DNA from: Podarcis bocagei
Taxonomy: Eukaryota
NCBI GenBank assembly: GCA_964188305.1
Contig: OZ076894.1
Direction: 5' to 3' (one strand)
DNA: 64,000 bases
Below are positions 11,485 through 25,285 of this stretch, piece by piece. Position 1 is the stretch's first letter. Each line of letters starts with the position of its first letter. The translations under genes were made by a program, and so were the position numbers. Under the pieces are notes generated by a model, which did not search any database, had not been told where the DNA came from, and saw only the letters and a list, made by a program, of their open reading frames with translations.

Positions 11485-12776
11485 CTGGGGTGAAGAAAGA
11501 CAAGATGGCATGTAACTTAGCTCATCGCTGCATCCTTCAATGACTTGAAACATGCAAAGGTCTGCATGAATGTCAGTCTATGGTCAAAGCTTACATGCCT
11601 CATTCAAGTAAGTCATACAGCTACAATAGGAAAAGGATAAAAATAAAGAACAACAATCAGTTGCAATTGTGAATATGGATTCATTAAAGTCAGCCCCTGA
11701 GAATTACTCTGCTCCAAGTATGAAATTCCATGTCATTGGGAAAATTGTTAAACTCTCTCCCAGTAGCCTTGAGTATTACAAGGACAGAAATATTAAGGCA
11801 GGCTCATGCAGCAAGGTGTCTCAGACCAGTAAACAGTGGTCAAGCCTCCTGAAACTCAAAATCCACTACTCTCAAAATCAGGCAGGAAATGTCCACTTTG
11901 TACTTTTCAGGTGCCTCTATTAAAACACTTAATTCCATCTGCAATGTGCCAAAAAGTCTACTGCATTTTCATTCCCCACTTCCCTCGCCTTAAACAGGAC
12001 TTCATGTTAAATAAAAACGTTCAATTAGTTAATGAGGAAGCATGCAAATTTGGATGTGTTTATGTATGGGAGCTATTTTGCTTCTAATATGTTAACAGCA
12101 ATAATGAAGGCTGGTTTGTAGAAAGAAAATTTAGTTAGTTGAGCTGTTAAAAATCACAACACTGTAATAAAATCTGTGGATTTGGATGGTTCTATTAACT
12201 TGTGTGACATATAAATTTGCTGCTTATTTTTATCTGAACCACCATCATGTAACCCCATTTTGGTATACTGTTCCCATTGAGACTGGTTATGTATGTACAT
12301 ATGTTAGGGATAATGCAAGCTGAGAGGCTAATCTGCATAACAGCCAGCCGTTGTGCACATTCATCATGACTCATGAAGAATGTGCACTTCAACTGTCCAT
12401 AAAGATAAAATTGTGCATCTTTCCTGACCGATATGCATACTCTCTAAAACATGCATATCTCAGCATCATTTTTTACATTCTTTGAACAATATGCACATTC
12501 TCCTGTCACTAGGCATACTCTACAAGAGTATGCCCTCTTCCATGCCGCTCAGCTGTTTTGCACAACCAACTGACTCTGCAATCTCTTCTCCACAACCCAG
12601 CTGTTTCCTCACTGTTCAGCGATGTTAATGGATACATGGGAGATGAGTGTATGCAAATGGATGAACTGGGAGCTGAGGTATGTATGTGTGAATTCATTCA
12701 CACAGACATTCCCAGTGTCTTCATGCAGGATGGAAAGACAGGTAGAAGTAGAGAGTGTGTGTGTGGGTTTGGGTAG

Positions 12777-12778
<2 letters not shown>

Positions 12779-12825
<47 letters not shown>

Positions 12826-12850
12826 TAGAGAGAGAGAGAGAGAGAGAGAG
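12779..12850. repeat. Compound (GT)n/(AG)n microsatellite
   Basis: Direct inspection. Confidence 0.97.
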
Positions 12851-13407
12851 AACCACCCACACTTTATTCCTCACACCTTACACTCTTATGCATCCAAACG
12901 CATACATTGTTGTATGTATGTAGTGCTTGTGTAGGAATAATGGTGTCCCCTGTGGATTCTGTGTGAATATTGCCCAAAGAATGTGGGGGGAAAACCTGTC
13001 ATGATATGCACATTCCTTGAGGTCTGCTAGAGAATATGTATACTTACTGGATAATGTACAAAATGTTGTTGAGATATGCTCATTCCTTAAGACCACATAG
13101 AAAATTCTTTTGCATGGACAAATTATGTCCACTCAACTCACATTATCCCTAACATATATGAGGCAATTTTATGAATTCTAGATCAAACCAATGAATCTCA
13201 CTGCTTTGCACTTCTTTAAGGTTTCACAGCTCTTGGGTTTATAACCTCAAGCAAAAGCAGCACTGGATTAAATCTGATGCAGGTACAGAAGGGTTAACAA
13301 AAGAAGGGAAATGCCAGAGCACCAGAAAATTAAGGGAAGCAGGTAGGAAACAATGCAGATTTTCAGAAAAGGAAGTTTGTCTGTATGTGTTCTCTCCAAC
13401 CACTTAC

Positions 13408-13431
13408 CCCAAACTCCTCCACTTCTTCTTC
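13408..13431 (-). CDS. RAPGEF2: RAPGEF2 exon 17, 24-nt microexon (KKKWRSL-G)
   Basis: TTGCAG|GAAGAAGAAGTGGAGGAGTTTGGG|GTAAGT; supplies the RKKKWRSLG peptide known between FRT and SLSQG; frame-neutral. Confidence 0.9.
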
Positions 13432-14242
13432 CTGCAAGTGAGAGCCATGAGTATTGAAGCATGGATTTAAGGAAGAGACAGAGAGATTATAAGCTCAGAA
13501 AGAAAGGATCAGACTTCAGGACAAGCAGTACCAGAAAGCCCAGAACAGCCTTCTCTCAATCAGTCAGCATAATACATTAAATAGGTGTCTATAGAGTGCC
13601 CATAAGATTAAAGCTCATTTCACATTAAACTGAATTCACCTTGGATTACTTACACCTTTAGCATAAAATAGTGTTCTAAAATCTGGAGTGAATTTTGTTT
13701 CTGTCTTCTTTCTGCTTTTCTGCTTTCACATAATATAATTTCGTTTTAAAACATTTATTCATTCAATATGCATTTCCTATACATTGAACCAAAGGGGATA
13801 TTTTAACTATCCCAACTAATTCAATGCAAACTCTGCTTATATCTACTTTATCTAAGTAAGAATAAGACTAGTGATTAAATATCTATTATTTCTCTTGTTC
13901 TCCATGACCTTTAAACAATGAACGTAACATAAATTACGCAATGACAGGCAAGAGCCATTTCCATCTGTACTGCCTTTTCCTGATGGGGGCATTTGATTGG
14001 TTGCAACACTTATCCACCCCTGTGAATCAGTTAATTTGCACAACATTATAATTACAGGCCAGACAAGAGGGGAAATGTATTACTTGAATATTTCTTAAAA
14101 CTCAAAACTTGTAAAACAATGGCTTCAGTCTAGCAAGTGTATGCGTCATAATTATTATAATAGTTTAAGTTATACTATGAGATTTCTGAAGCAGTCTTCA
14201 ACACTGAACTCTTGAACTGCTTTTCTTGTTAATTGCTTTTTG

Positions 14243-14436
14243 GGGAAAGGGCTGTAGCTCAGTGGTAGATCATCTGCTTTGCATGCAGAAAGCCCCAGGT
14301 TCAATCCTTGGCACTGACAGGCAGGGTTGGGAAGAGAGCCCTGCCTAAAATACTGGACAGCCACTGCTGGTCAGTGTAGGCAGTTCTAAGCTTGATAGAC
14401 CAATGGTCTAACTCAGTATAAGGCAGCCTCCTATGT
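14243..14436 (+). mobile_element. tRNA-derived squamate SINE (Squam3-like)
   Basis: A box TAGCTCAGTGG, B box GGTTCAATCC, then a non-tRNA body ending GGCAGCCTCCTATGT. Confidence 0.75.
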
Positions 14437-15082
14437 GTTCATATGAGTTTAAAAGGAAACATGGTGATCTTATTTAGAACTCACTATTGGCACAAAAGCC
14501 CAAATAACTTGTAATGCAAGAACAGAATACATATCTAAGATCAAAACAAATCTCATGTATGTTTGTGTCTGAATTCATTTGTGTATTTGTAATATTTGTA
14601 ATATTGTATTTGTAATATTTGTAATAGGAGAATATCCTTCATGAATGCACATATGTAGAAATCAAACAAAACCATTGTAAGAAAAAGTGTTGCGTAGAAT
14701 GGTGAGGAAGAATCAAATTTTGGGTAAAAAGCAAGCAGGGTCTACTTGCTATGATTGGGCAACGCTCATTTTCATGAACATTAGGAAGCTTGGCGTAGAT
14801 ATCAAGAGGACAACACAGATGAAATGTGTTACTCTTCTTGATGAAAAGACAACTGCTTACTTTCAGGCTGATATATAAAGAGAATATCTGATTGCTGTCA
14901 AATAACTTGCAGCTAATTAGCTGGAGAAATAAAGACAATTCTATGTCTTACCCTTGTTCTCTGAATGCAAGCATTAAACACTAGCCAAGTTTAAAGTATG
15001 TATCTGTAACACAAGACAATCTTAGCTCAATGGTTTTTATTTCACACTTCAAGTGCGTTAGTCTTTGGTCAAAAGAACTCAC

Positions 15083-15206
15083 CTAGTCCTGAACATTAAA
15101 GCAGGATCCATGTTAACAGAAGCCATTCGACCCACATGGCGAATTTCTTTTGCGATCATTCGTAATTTCTCAAAATTGACCAAACCTTCCACTTTGGAAT
15201 CATTCC
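15083..15206 (-). CDS. RAPGEF2: RAPGEF2 exon 16 ([13 protein letters not shown]...ALMFRT), GEF domain end
   Basis: ORF 15079..15324; 124 nt; AG|GTGAGT donor. Confidence 0.96.
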
Positions 15207-15328
15207 CTACATTGCCAAAAGAATGATAGGAAATAACTATAGTACTCTGCCTTTGGTCAGTGAAAGTAAAAACACACGTGTTGCCATCACCAAAGGGCCA
15301 ATACAGAAAAAACACTTGCAACATTTAC

Positions 15329-15540
15329 CTTCATGGAGGAACGTAAGGTCCTTTTTGATTACAGGGAACAATGGAATAATAGGAGGCTGTAGATTTTGGC
15401 TATTCAGGACATTGCGATATTTTGCCATGTTCCTAGATGGATCAAATAAATCCTGAAGATCTTGAAACAATTTTTCATATTTGCTTGGAAGTTTTTCCCA
15501 AGTAGTTCGTAGTCTTGCAACTGGAGCTAAGTTTAGGCCA
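15329..15540 (-). CDS. RAPGEF2: RAPGEF2 exon 15 ([10 protein letters not shown]...LTFLHE), GEF domain
   Basis: ORF 15237..15470 plus extension; 212 nt. Confidence 0.96.
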
Positions 15541-18419
15541 CTAAAGAATGAATTTTAAAAGATGTTGAGGGTTTTAATCTCTGTTCAAAATGACACCTGC
15601 ATTTGCAGCATCACAAACATATGTTCCTGTATACAATCTTCTGAAGTAAAACTAAATGCATATCATATCATATTTAGCAACTGACAAATGTTGACACTGG
15701 TAAACAAAAACACTGCTTTCAGAGATTATGCACCATAAAATTGTAGGTCTTTTCTGAACTGCAATGTTCAAGCAATATTTGTGAGTTGAAGAATCATCAA
15801 AAGATTATGGTAGCAGTGGTATGGCTTTCCTGTCTTACCAAAAGTGTTCTCAGATCTATTACAACATTGCTTTCCAAACACTGTTGGAGCAACAGACACT
15901 TCTATAAACAAGGACCATTTTTAGTACAAAGATGTGGCTATGATGATCAGTAAGTGTTTGTTACTGCCAGATGGAAGTATTGTAATGAGTAATACAGTAA
16001 AGTCTATTCAGAAACTGCAGCTGTAAAATGCTGTGAGTCATTCCCTTAGTATACTAGCAAAAGAAGCATGTTATTACCAGAGGTTTAGAAGAGACATAAC
16101 CAGCTCATTTGGATGCACTGGTGATATTGATTATAAAAGCCCTCTGTTGTCCGAGACATAGATATCTGACATTCAGCCTTGCTTTCTGTAGTCAGTTGAA
16201 ATGGTCAACAAAAATGTCTGAATTCAGTGATCCTAACATTAAATGTTTTAGAGCTGCAAACAATTTTTTACAGAGGCCACCAACTGTCAAATCTACTTTT
16301 CTCTCTCAGATGCCCATATCTTCATCCCCTTCACAACAAGTATTAGTTTCCCTTTTCATTAATTATTTTTATCTGGAGAACTGGTGCCTGAGATTATTGA
16401 CCACCTTTGATCCCCAAATCAAGTTTCATCAAGTATATTAGCAGAATAAGTTACAGTAATTTAACACAGAGGCATGAAATTTAACAAGGCATGAAAGTGA
16501 CCAGTATCAAATCCAGGCAGACAGTGTAACTTATTTTACTTAATTTGAGTTGGTGAAAAGAATTCCTGGGTTGGAACTCTATCAATAATGCCCCCAAATC
16601 ACAGTGTTCCATGCCCAGTCTTTTCTAAATATATTTAGCATCAATTTATGTAACTTTCCGAAATCACTGTCACCCATAGTGAAAAGCCAAAGGAGCATCA
16701 ACACTGTAAGAAAAGTGGGCATCCTGAGTGTACTGATTAAAAATCCCTATCTTGCCTATGTTCACATATCAGACTACAGGAAGGTTTAGTAGAAATGGCA
16801 TGAAGTTGTGGAGTGAGGAGTGCTTGAGAGAGGGATTCAGACTGTGAGGATTCTGTCAGGAGGGTTCGTTCTGACACGTGGCAGAGCTGAGGAGAGCCGA
16901 GAACTCTCAGTATATGCTCTAAGGTTCTGAATCGCAGAACACTGTTAAAACAGAAAAGGCACAGTCTCCCACGGTGTTTACAGGAAAAAGGGTCCTCAGA
17001 GGGAATACTCTGACATGAAAGTGATTCCCAGGCCAAAGAGGATTTGGGGGTTTGTAAGAAAACAGTCCAGTTAAAATCCTAAATTCCTGAAGTGTGTGTG
17101 GAAAAGTCTGATCTATGAAAGATATGTAAAAGAAAGTAACCTTAAGCCTCAACAGCATACAGCCTATAACCTGAAACAGTATACATTTTAATAAAAAGCA
17201 ACAGCACTGTGCCATGAACAACCTCACTGTTTGATACATTTCTGTGGAAGAAAAAGAACCAAAAACTCCTTGTTTACATCTGTTATAATGAAGTTTGTTT
17301 GCAACCTGTTTTCCCCAAAGAAAAACCCACTGTCACTCGTGATTCATTCTCTATTGGGGGAATTCACCTGAGGGAAGGGAAACTGAGGGCTGGCACAGCG
17401 GTGCCAGGGAGGGAGAGTGCTGTTGCGTCGTCCCAGAAGTCCCTCTACATCGCCTGCTAGTTGCAAATGGTAATATGTCAAGACCAATGCTATCAATACT
17501 TGCTGAAAATGCTAATAAATGCAACAAAGCAAAGGTTTCCTTACCAAGGAAGCCTTCAAATACAGTCTAGGGACTGTAATTGCATTCAAAAGCTGAATAG
17601 CAGGCTCACATGAGGCCTAAACAACAACCAAATGTGCTTCATACAAAGTGACAATCTGTTTTGAAATGACCCTTTCAAAAGGAAGGTAACCGGAAAAATC
17701 AGAAGTGTACTTTTTGTGGGGGTAGGAAGGAGGAGAACCAAAGATTTAAGGCTGCCTTGTACCACCAACAGTCTAACAATTAGCTTCTACTGCATTAAGT
17801 TAAAAACCTGTGTAACCTATAACTGGGATTTTGCATGCCAACATGCAAACCTTTTAAATAATACTAAATGGATTCATACAGGACTGTGTGCAGTCTTTCA
17901 CACATAAAACATACTCCATGGTTGCATACTAAGTGGAAACAGAGAAAGATAAATGACTTCTTTTGTAATTTTGCTTTTTCCAAGTCTGTTCCAAAGGATA
18001 TTTTGATTTCTAGAGATAACAAATGCTTATAAAAATGACAAACACAACAAAGACTAATACATTTATAATGACACACGTGATCATGGAGTAGAGTCTACTT
18101 TCATCAGATATATCATTATGATGTTAGCAATGACAAGCTTGCAATGCTAATTTAAACAGCTTTTCATGGAAGAATCCTCTAGCCTTTCAACCAGTCTTGC
18201 TCTTTTTGGATTAGGATTTTGTCTAAAGCTGCTGCTGCGGACTGTTAAATTAATGAAATATTACTATTGTAGTATTAAATTACTAATTCATAAAACAGTA
18301 AAATGTACACATAGTATTTTTCTTAAAATTTAGTATCATCATTATGAAGCATCTATTTACACTTTATTTCTTATAAACTGTATGCAAAATCATTGGGGGG
18401 GTGATCTAGTCTTGTTTAC

Positions 18420-18803
18420 CTTATTATTGCAAACATGGAGTTGAAGTTCTTGCATTCCCTGCAGTGCAATGCTATCTTAATGAAGTGCTTAATTATCTTC
18501 ATCCTTTTCAGCTGGTTGGTTTCTCGCAGAATCTCAGATGCCACCCAAAAGGTTTCTTGGTTTATTACTTCTTCAAACTTTTTCAAGTTAGTACAGCTAG
18601 ACTTAGATTTCAGTTTAAACAAGTCATCTATGTATTCTGTAGGTTCAATGTTACGGAACAGTTCAAAGTTACGCATAGAGAGTTGGGTTGCCACCTCAAC
18701 AGTACTGAGTTGCAATAAAGAAATTTGACTCTCTCTCAGCAATTCCTGAGCATCTTCATCTGAACACAAGGTTTCTGTCTCCATGTTGTTCTTCAGATAA
18801 TAC
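18420..18803 (-). CDS. RAPGEF2: RAPGEF2 exon 14 ([11 protein letters not shown]...SMFAII), CDC25-type GEF domain
   Basis: ORF 18416..18784; 384 nt; AG/GT junctions. Confidence 0.97.
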
Positions 18804-18958
18804 CTGGGAGAGGGGGGAAGAGGGAATAAAGTTTTATAGAAATGAAAACACTAATAGTAATGGAAAGCAAAGGTAGCTTGTTTAGAATTTAAAAATCAGT
18901 ATATTTAATAAGTACATTCAATTATATTCTGAAATGGCAGATGATGTATGAGTCTCAC

Positions 18959-19199
18959 CTTCCACTAAGCTGTATTCTGTCAGCAAGCTTGGAAAGTTGA
19001 TCTGGAAGCCTCCTTTGCTTGATTACTCCCTCTGGAGTGACTGAAACTTCACATAAAGAATATGCATCTGGGGTGGTGGTTAGAGCAAACTCTCGGATTG
19101 CTTGAATAACCACTTCCTTTGCAGTTGTGTCCTTACTGATCATAATGTAGCGGCTTTGTTGGTCTGCCTTAAAAACCCTCAGAACCTGGTCTGGTAAAT
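18959..19199 (-). CDS. RAPGEF2: RAPGEF2 exon 13 ([10 protein letters not shown]...RIQLSG), Ras-association domain
   Basis: ORF 18955..19143 plus manual extension; 241 nt. Confidence 0.96.
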
Positions 19200-20830
19200 C
19201 TGTAAGGAGGGGGGAAATCCTATTACAGCATATAAACCATAGAGTAAAATTATTTATTTTTCAGTCAGTATCTGAATAGGAACAGATACACAATTTTCTT
19301 TAGTTGCCATCTTGCTCCTGTGAAACTGTTCTAGTCACTATCCTTCTTTCGGATCATCATTCTTTTTTCTGCCAATGATCAGAAGTCATTTCCAAGCAAA
19401 GCAAAATGGATCAACATGCTGGCTTTGTGCCGTAAACGTTTATAAATTGCTAACCACAAAGTATATAATCAGTGCATTCAGCTTTGATACTACTGACTGC
19501 ATACTGACATGCTACTAAATTGCAGTTTATTCTTAAATGAATGAATCTCAAGCTTGCCCCTCCCTCCATTCCAATGGGGACATGAAAATAGAAAATTACA
19601 AACTGTATTTTTTTATTAACCATAGTATACTGAACCAAGCCAACTTCAAATAGGAGAGGGCATGAGTAGTAACCTTCATTTTAAGTCATTATGAGCTCAT
19701 AAACTAAAGTATGCCTGCCTCAATAGTTGCCTTACAAGACACTCTAAATACTCATTAGTACCTGTATGGCCCCAATTTTTTAGCTTGCTATATAATTTCC
19801 TGATGACTGGGTGGTGATGGACCTTTATTTCTTAGCGCTTATCAAATGTTATTGTTTCAAACTGAAAGAAAGGTTTCCAGGTCAACCAATAACTTTTAAT
19901 GTTTCTTCAAAACTCTGTTTTTTGAAGTAATTATGTAAACAATCAAGAAAAGGTTGTGTCATCAGGTTTTTATCAGTTATTCATCTATCAACAGACAAAA
20001 AAAATCAGTTTCCTTCCTTTCCTTCCTCTTAAAATACTGTATATGTTGAGTGATTGACAACGGCAATCAAGAAAAATGAAACAATTCAAACAAGAAACAA
20101 CAAAAGGGGAGAGGTTTATATTGGAGATATGATGGATGCCATAAGCAAGTTTATTTTTACTTATTGCTGTTAATCTCAAATAAAAAACGTAGCACTAGAA
20201 ATCATAAAAATGTAGTATGATGTAAAGTATGGGTACGGATTTAACCCTCGCCCCAAATAAAGTCCCTTATTCCCCTGCTCTTTCCGGGGGGGGGGGGGGG
20301 GAATCCATGTTTTGCAAAGCCAGACACACACACACACACAAACCCACAGCTGCCTTTTGTTGAAATGAAGCTGGCAGTTTCTGTTGTTTTTGCCTCCTAC
20401 CTATTGTGTGAACGAGAACAGTAGGCTGTATGAAGAGAGCAATGTTCAGCCCTCTCACCCGCTCTTTACTTGCTGGTTTCTGCACTAATAAACAAACCTC
20501 ATCACACAATCAACTCTATTCCCCAGCAACAAGGGATAAAACCACATTGTACCCGTTCACGTCCTTGCCTGCTCTCGCTTATCCTCCCCTACTTCATCTT
20601 CAGTACCTCCCCCATGGTTCTGTAGACATGTTACCAAATCACTGGTTACCATTTCTACCAGTTCTCTCCCCTTTTCTTCCTAACTCCAGATGCATCACAG
20701 CTACATCTCCACCCACTGTGAAATTTAAGTGCAGATTAGGGTATATTTGAGGTCTGCTGGGGATTGCTTTCCTCCAAGTGGCTTCCCTGTAAGACTGAGA
20801 TGGAATAGTTGACATGTATGGTTGCACTGT

Positions 20831-21186
20831 GGGACGCGGGTGGCGCTGTGGGTAAAACCTCAGCGCCTAGGACTTGCCGATCGCTTGGTCGGCGGTTCGA
20901 ATCCCCGCGGCGGGGTGCGCTCCCGCTGCTCGGTTCCAGCGCCTGCCAACCTAGCAGTTCGAAAGCACCCCCGGGTGTAAGTAGATAAATAGGGACCGCT
21001 TACTAGCAGGAAGGTAAACGGCGTTTCCGTGTGCGGCTCTGGCTCACCAGAGCAGCTTCATCACACTGGCCACGTGACCCGGAAGTGTCTGCGGACAGCG
21101 CTGGCTCCCGGCCTCTAGACTGAGAAGAGCGCACAACCCTAGAGTCTGTCAAGACTGGCCCGTACGGACAGGGGTACCTTTACCTT
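20831..21186 (+). mobile_element. Sauria SINE, full length
   Basis: GGGACGCGGGTGGCGCTGTGG head, GGTTCGAATCC B box, (ACCTTT)n tail; target-site duplication TATGGTTGCACT at 20817-20828 and 21187-21198. Confidence 0.92.
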
Positions 21187-22614
21187 TATGGTTGCACTTG
21201 TAGGTGTGTGAACCTCTTTATATCTTAATATATTAAACCTTTGCTCAACTAATTTGTAAAGGCCCTTCTACCTGAACTGCACATTTCCTCTTAACAAATT
21301 CAACTAAGGAAAATGTAACCTCTAGTAAACATCTTACATAAGGTTGCAACCTGAAGCTTACAGCAAGGCTGAAATAAAAAAAGGCAAGGCAGTCATCTAT
21401 TCTCTGGTTTAAAATGCCAGTCTGGCAAGACACTGAAAAGGATATCAAAGCTTGGGTTTGACTTTTTCAACTTACAGAACAATTGCATAGGAAAATGTTA
21501 TTGTAAGTTCATGATCTCTTTTGCCATGAACATCCCCATACTAAAATGTTGATTTACAAATCCACTTAACACAGCAAGCATTTTTTTCCCCTCCCTAAGC
21601 ACTACTCGGCTCCTCCAAGCTCTACGGAACAGCAATTCTGACAGGTTGAATTCTTTCTGCTCTAGTACATTCGATTTCCTGAATGCCTCCCCCATCTCCA
21701 ACACAGTCCAAAGTAACAAGAAAACTATTGAGACTGTACATTTTCTGAAGCTTCAAGTATGCATTGTGGCTTAAGATTATAGCCCAACTTTCTTTAAAGC
21801 CCTCAAGGGAGCATTATACGTTAATGTTAAATAAATAGAGTACAAGAAGCCAATTCAAAAACAAACATCACAAAGAAAAATGCCTAGCAGTGTATACTGG
21901 AAGTGATTTTAATGAGCTTGTACCATTTTATTTGGTTGTAAACTATCCCAGTATGTATATTTTTATGACAGGTGGTATAAAAAGGGTTTTCAATAGATAA
22001 TAATACTAGTATGCAACCATCAACAAAGTAATATCACACAATATAGTTACTTCATTTCTCCTGTTTATAAATAAGCAATACTTTGTATACTGTTCACTAA
22101 TACTGAATCTCTCTGCTTCTGAGAATCTATATGCCCACATATCTTCCAGGCCTTTCATTAAATGTGAAGCTTATTGACCACATGTGTCTCCTTATCGGTC
22201 TCCTAACTCCATGTTTGGAGAAAATCATTTTCCTGTCTTATTATCTACACCCCAAGACATAGTCATTCAGAATTTCTACCTTGAATTGTTCTACTTAGTT
22301 TTGGCTGCTTCTCAGCTATTTTCAGGTTCCAGGGACAACTACATCCATTTCCATTACCCCAGTCCTTTTAACATTGGTTTGCATGCCCTCACTCTTTGCA
22401 CAGTGACAATGATAAATAAGTGCTAACTAATAATAATGGTACAAATGTATTACAGAGTTTTTCAGTAGATCAGACTATTTATGTGTCCTAAAAAAGAAGA
22501 AGTATTTTTATGTAAAGGAGACATGGAAATCCCAACTCGAGGAACATAGTTTTTGTACCCTCTTACACCTATCAGAAGTAGCCCAAAGAACATGCATGAA
22601 AATTTGAGGCTCAC

Positions 22615-22772
22615 CTGGGGTTGTGTTGAAATCTAAGATGCGGTGATGTGACTGCATTAAGTCAGGATTGCTTGAAGACAGAGTTCCACTGACCGGCAGA
22701 GCAGGAGGAATGTGCTTGGTCTGCCTCAATCCCACAATGCTGTCATCCTGAGATTGGCCAATTCCAATATCG
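22615..22772 (-). CDS. RAPGEF2: RAPGEF2 exon 12 ([10 protein letters not shown]...LDFNTTP)
   Basis: ORF 22508..22735 plus manual extension; 158 nt. Confidence 0.95.
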
Positions 22773-23361
22773 CTATGACGATGGGGAAAACAAATTCAGT
22801 GCTTTTATATTATCGTGACCTATATTGCTTTATTTCCCCCTGTATTTCTGATTTCCACATAAGCCATTCATCTTACAGATTTTTAAAGTATAAGCATTGC
22901 TTTGGCAAACTTACTCAACAGGAAGTTTTAACCAAAGCCATATTCACTAGTAAGGTACCAGCAAGATTGGAACTGTTACACCTAAATGTTGATTATAAAT
23001 AAAGCTCAGGATTTTGTTTTTAATGTATGCAGAATACATGAAAGTATGTGATAAAATTTCCAGCAGCCCTGCCCCCCTTTTTTTGGAAAAGAAATGTTGA
23101 TATATTTATTTTATTCTTCATGAACCATTTCTACACAGAGATTCAACTGGCTATTGGGTAATGGTATTATTTATTAAATTTATATCCTGCTCTTCCTCTC
23201 AATGGAGCCTAGGGCAACAAACAACAAGAAATAAAACGATAAAACATCTTAGAAACAATTCTAATACTGATGCAGATTTCAAGGCAATAACCAATACAAT
23301 AAAACTATAGACTGAGTTGACATAATGGAAATCACTCTGCGGTGCTGTGCATCACACTCAC

Positions 23362-23608
23362 TTGTATGGTTTCTGAGGCAGGATACTGATGCGGGTTTTG
23401 TCTAGTATCTTCTTCAGCTTGTTTCGCCCACCAACAGTGTTGGCTTTGCTCTTCTTGGTTACTTTTTCCAATCCTATCACCTGCTCGACGTCAACTCCAA
23501 GATCTGGTATGGAATAACGGCTTGCTTTTTTAATATCACCAATTTTAGGAAGATGAGGAGCGCCGTTTCTTTTCTCCTCTGACAATCTTGTTAGAAGTTC
23601 TTTAAAAA
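23362..23608 (-). CDS. RAPGEF2: RAPGEF2 exon 11 ([11 protein letters not shown]...LPQKPY)
   Basis: ORF 23358..23672; 247 nt; AA|GTGAGT donor. Confidence 0.96.
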
Positions 23609-24665
23609 CTGCACAGAAGATGGAAAACACATAGAAAAATAAACTCAAAAGAAATACATCATACCCTTGCACAGGCTATGAAAAGCAAAGTGGCATTTCA
23701 CATTTGAATAGAATCCATGCTTGGACTTAGCAATACTTCTAAAAATCTATTCCTGGGCATAGAATTAAGCCTCAAAATAAGTTGTTCACTTTATACCTAA
23801 TAAAGAGAGTTTAAAAATCCATAGACAGCTAAAGAGCAAGGGCACGTTTATGTCTGAAACAAGAAAAAAGCTATGGCATATTTCCTTCCAGAAGGTCAAC
23901 TAAAATTCTACAGCAGCAAGTCTAGGAAAGCAATAACAATAGTTATGCAAGTTGTCTCAACATATTCAGAGGAATGCTGCGAGGTACAAGGGCCTCTAAG
24001 AATGATTTTCCACAAACAGTTTTAGTAACTTTACACTGCTTCCAAAATCATTTCACACTAAGGGTCTTGGCTGTAGTTACTTTAGAAACATTATGCAGAC
24101 ATGCATATTATGTTATGTATGAAGTTAAATTTCATTACTGCAATAGTCTTTTCTGACCTTAATCTTTCCTAAACTTCAAAAGGGAACATTTGTAATTTAA
24201 GGTTACAATTCCCACTTAAGGGGAAGTAAACCCCACTGAACTAAGTTGGACAGCAAATAGATTCCATTTCTTATTATGATCTTTTATCAGTTTTTTGAAT
24301 TGTTATAAAATATTATAACATCTGCACATTTTGTTCTTATAAAGCAGTAACTATGAAGACTGAAACATTTATTGCAAGTGTGGATGTCTTGCTTTCTACC
24401 CTCAGTGAATCTTTTTCCACATCGACCTTGCCTGTGGAAATTCTGTTCTGCACAATTTAAAGATGTGTTCTGGAATGCACCGTAAAACATGGTCAATACT
24501 CATCTATGGTTGTGCATTGCAGAAAAAGATGGCAAGTAGTGAACAAGATGTCTTTGTGCTTTTAAGGACATCCTGGTGAGGGTACTCCTGGTCTCATCGC
24601 AACACAATTCTAAAACTATTGCATTATAATAAAAGTTACACTTAAACCTATGGCTTTAAACTTAC

Positions 24666-24774
24666 CAAATAAGTTAGTTTTCACAGTGATAGACAAATGT
24701 GTGTTATTTCGAAGAATTTCCATGGCTTTAGACAGCTGAATGTTTTCAAAATTTTGGCCATTTACCTCCAATAT
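24666..24774 (-). CDS. RAPGEF2: RAPGEF2 exon 10 (ILEVNGQNF...VKTNLF), PDZ domain
   Basis: Manual translation; TTTTAG acceptor, G|GTAAGT donor; 109 nt. Confidence 0.95.
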
Positions 24775-24884
24775 CTAAAAAGAGGAACAAAAGGATTGAA
24801 TCCTGTCAATTCATAATGATGAGGAGTCTCCACTACAACTATTGGCATTCCAAGAAAAACCTGGATGAAATTTAATTTACATAC

Positions 24885-25088
24885 CTGATCACCACGTTTC
24901 AAGCCTGCTTCAGTGGCTTTGCTACCTGAATCAACACTGTCAACAAAGATTCCAAATCCCTTTTCAGATCCTCCCAATAATAAGAAAGGCAAAGGGGCTT
25001 CCCGAGATGGCTTTGTTAATGTTATCATTCTTCGTTTAGCTTTAGCAGCACATGCAATATTTAACAGCCTCAAATGTCCACCCATTTT
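24885..25088 (-). CDS. RAPGEF2: RAPGEF2 exon 9 (KMGGHLRLL...LKRGDQ), PDZ domain
   Basis: ORF 24762..25085; AG/GT junctions; 204 nt. Confidence 0.96.
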
Positions 25089-25177
25089 CTGTAGGGAGAG
25101 AATCCAGAGCCATTTGTTAGATGTAAAGTCACCTCAGTGTAGGACAGCAAGTCTCTTATTTTGCCAACAATCCATAC

Positions 25178-25285
25178 CTCTCTTTCTAAATTGTTCTCAA
25201 ATTCTTCCAGAAAACGAGTCATTGCAGAATCTCCCTCAAAATCATTGAAGTGATTGTTCACCCACAACAATACTACCCGTGTAAC
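25178..25285 (-). CDS. RAPGEF2: RAPGEF2 exon 8 ([13 protein letters not shown]...NLERE), REM domain
   Basis: ORF 25070..25270; 108 nt; followed by an 89-nt intron. Confidence 0.96.

Noticed and set aside
14248-14320. tRNA-like gene
   Set aside because: The A and B boxes belong to a SINE head; there is no complete acceptor stem and it continues into a SINE body seen elsewhere in the window.
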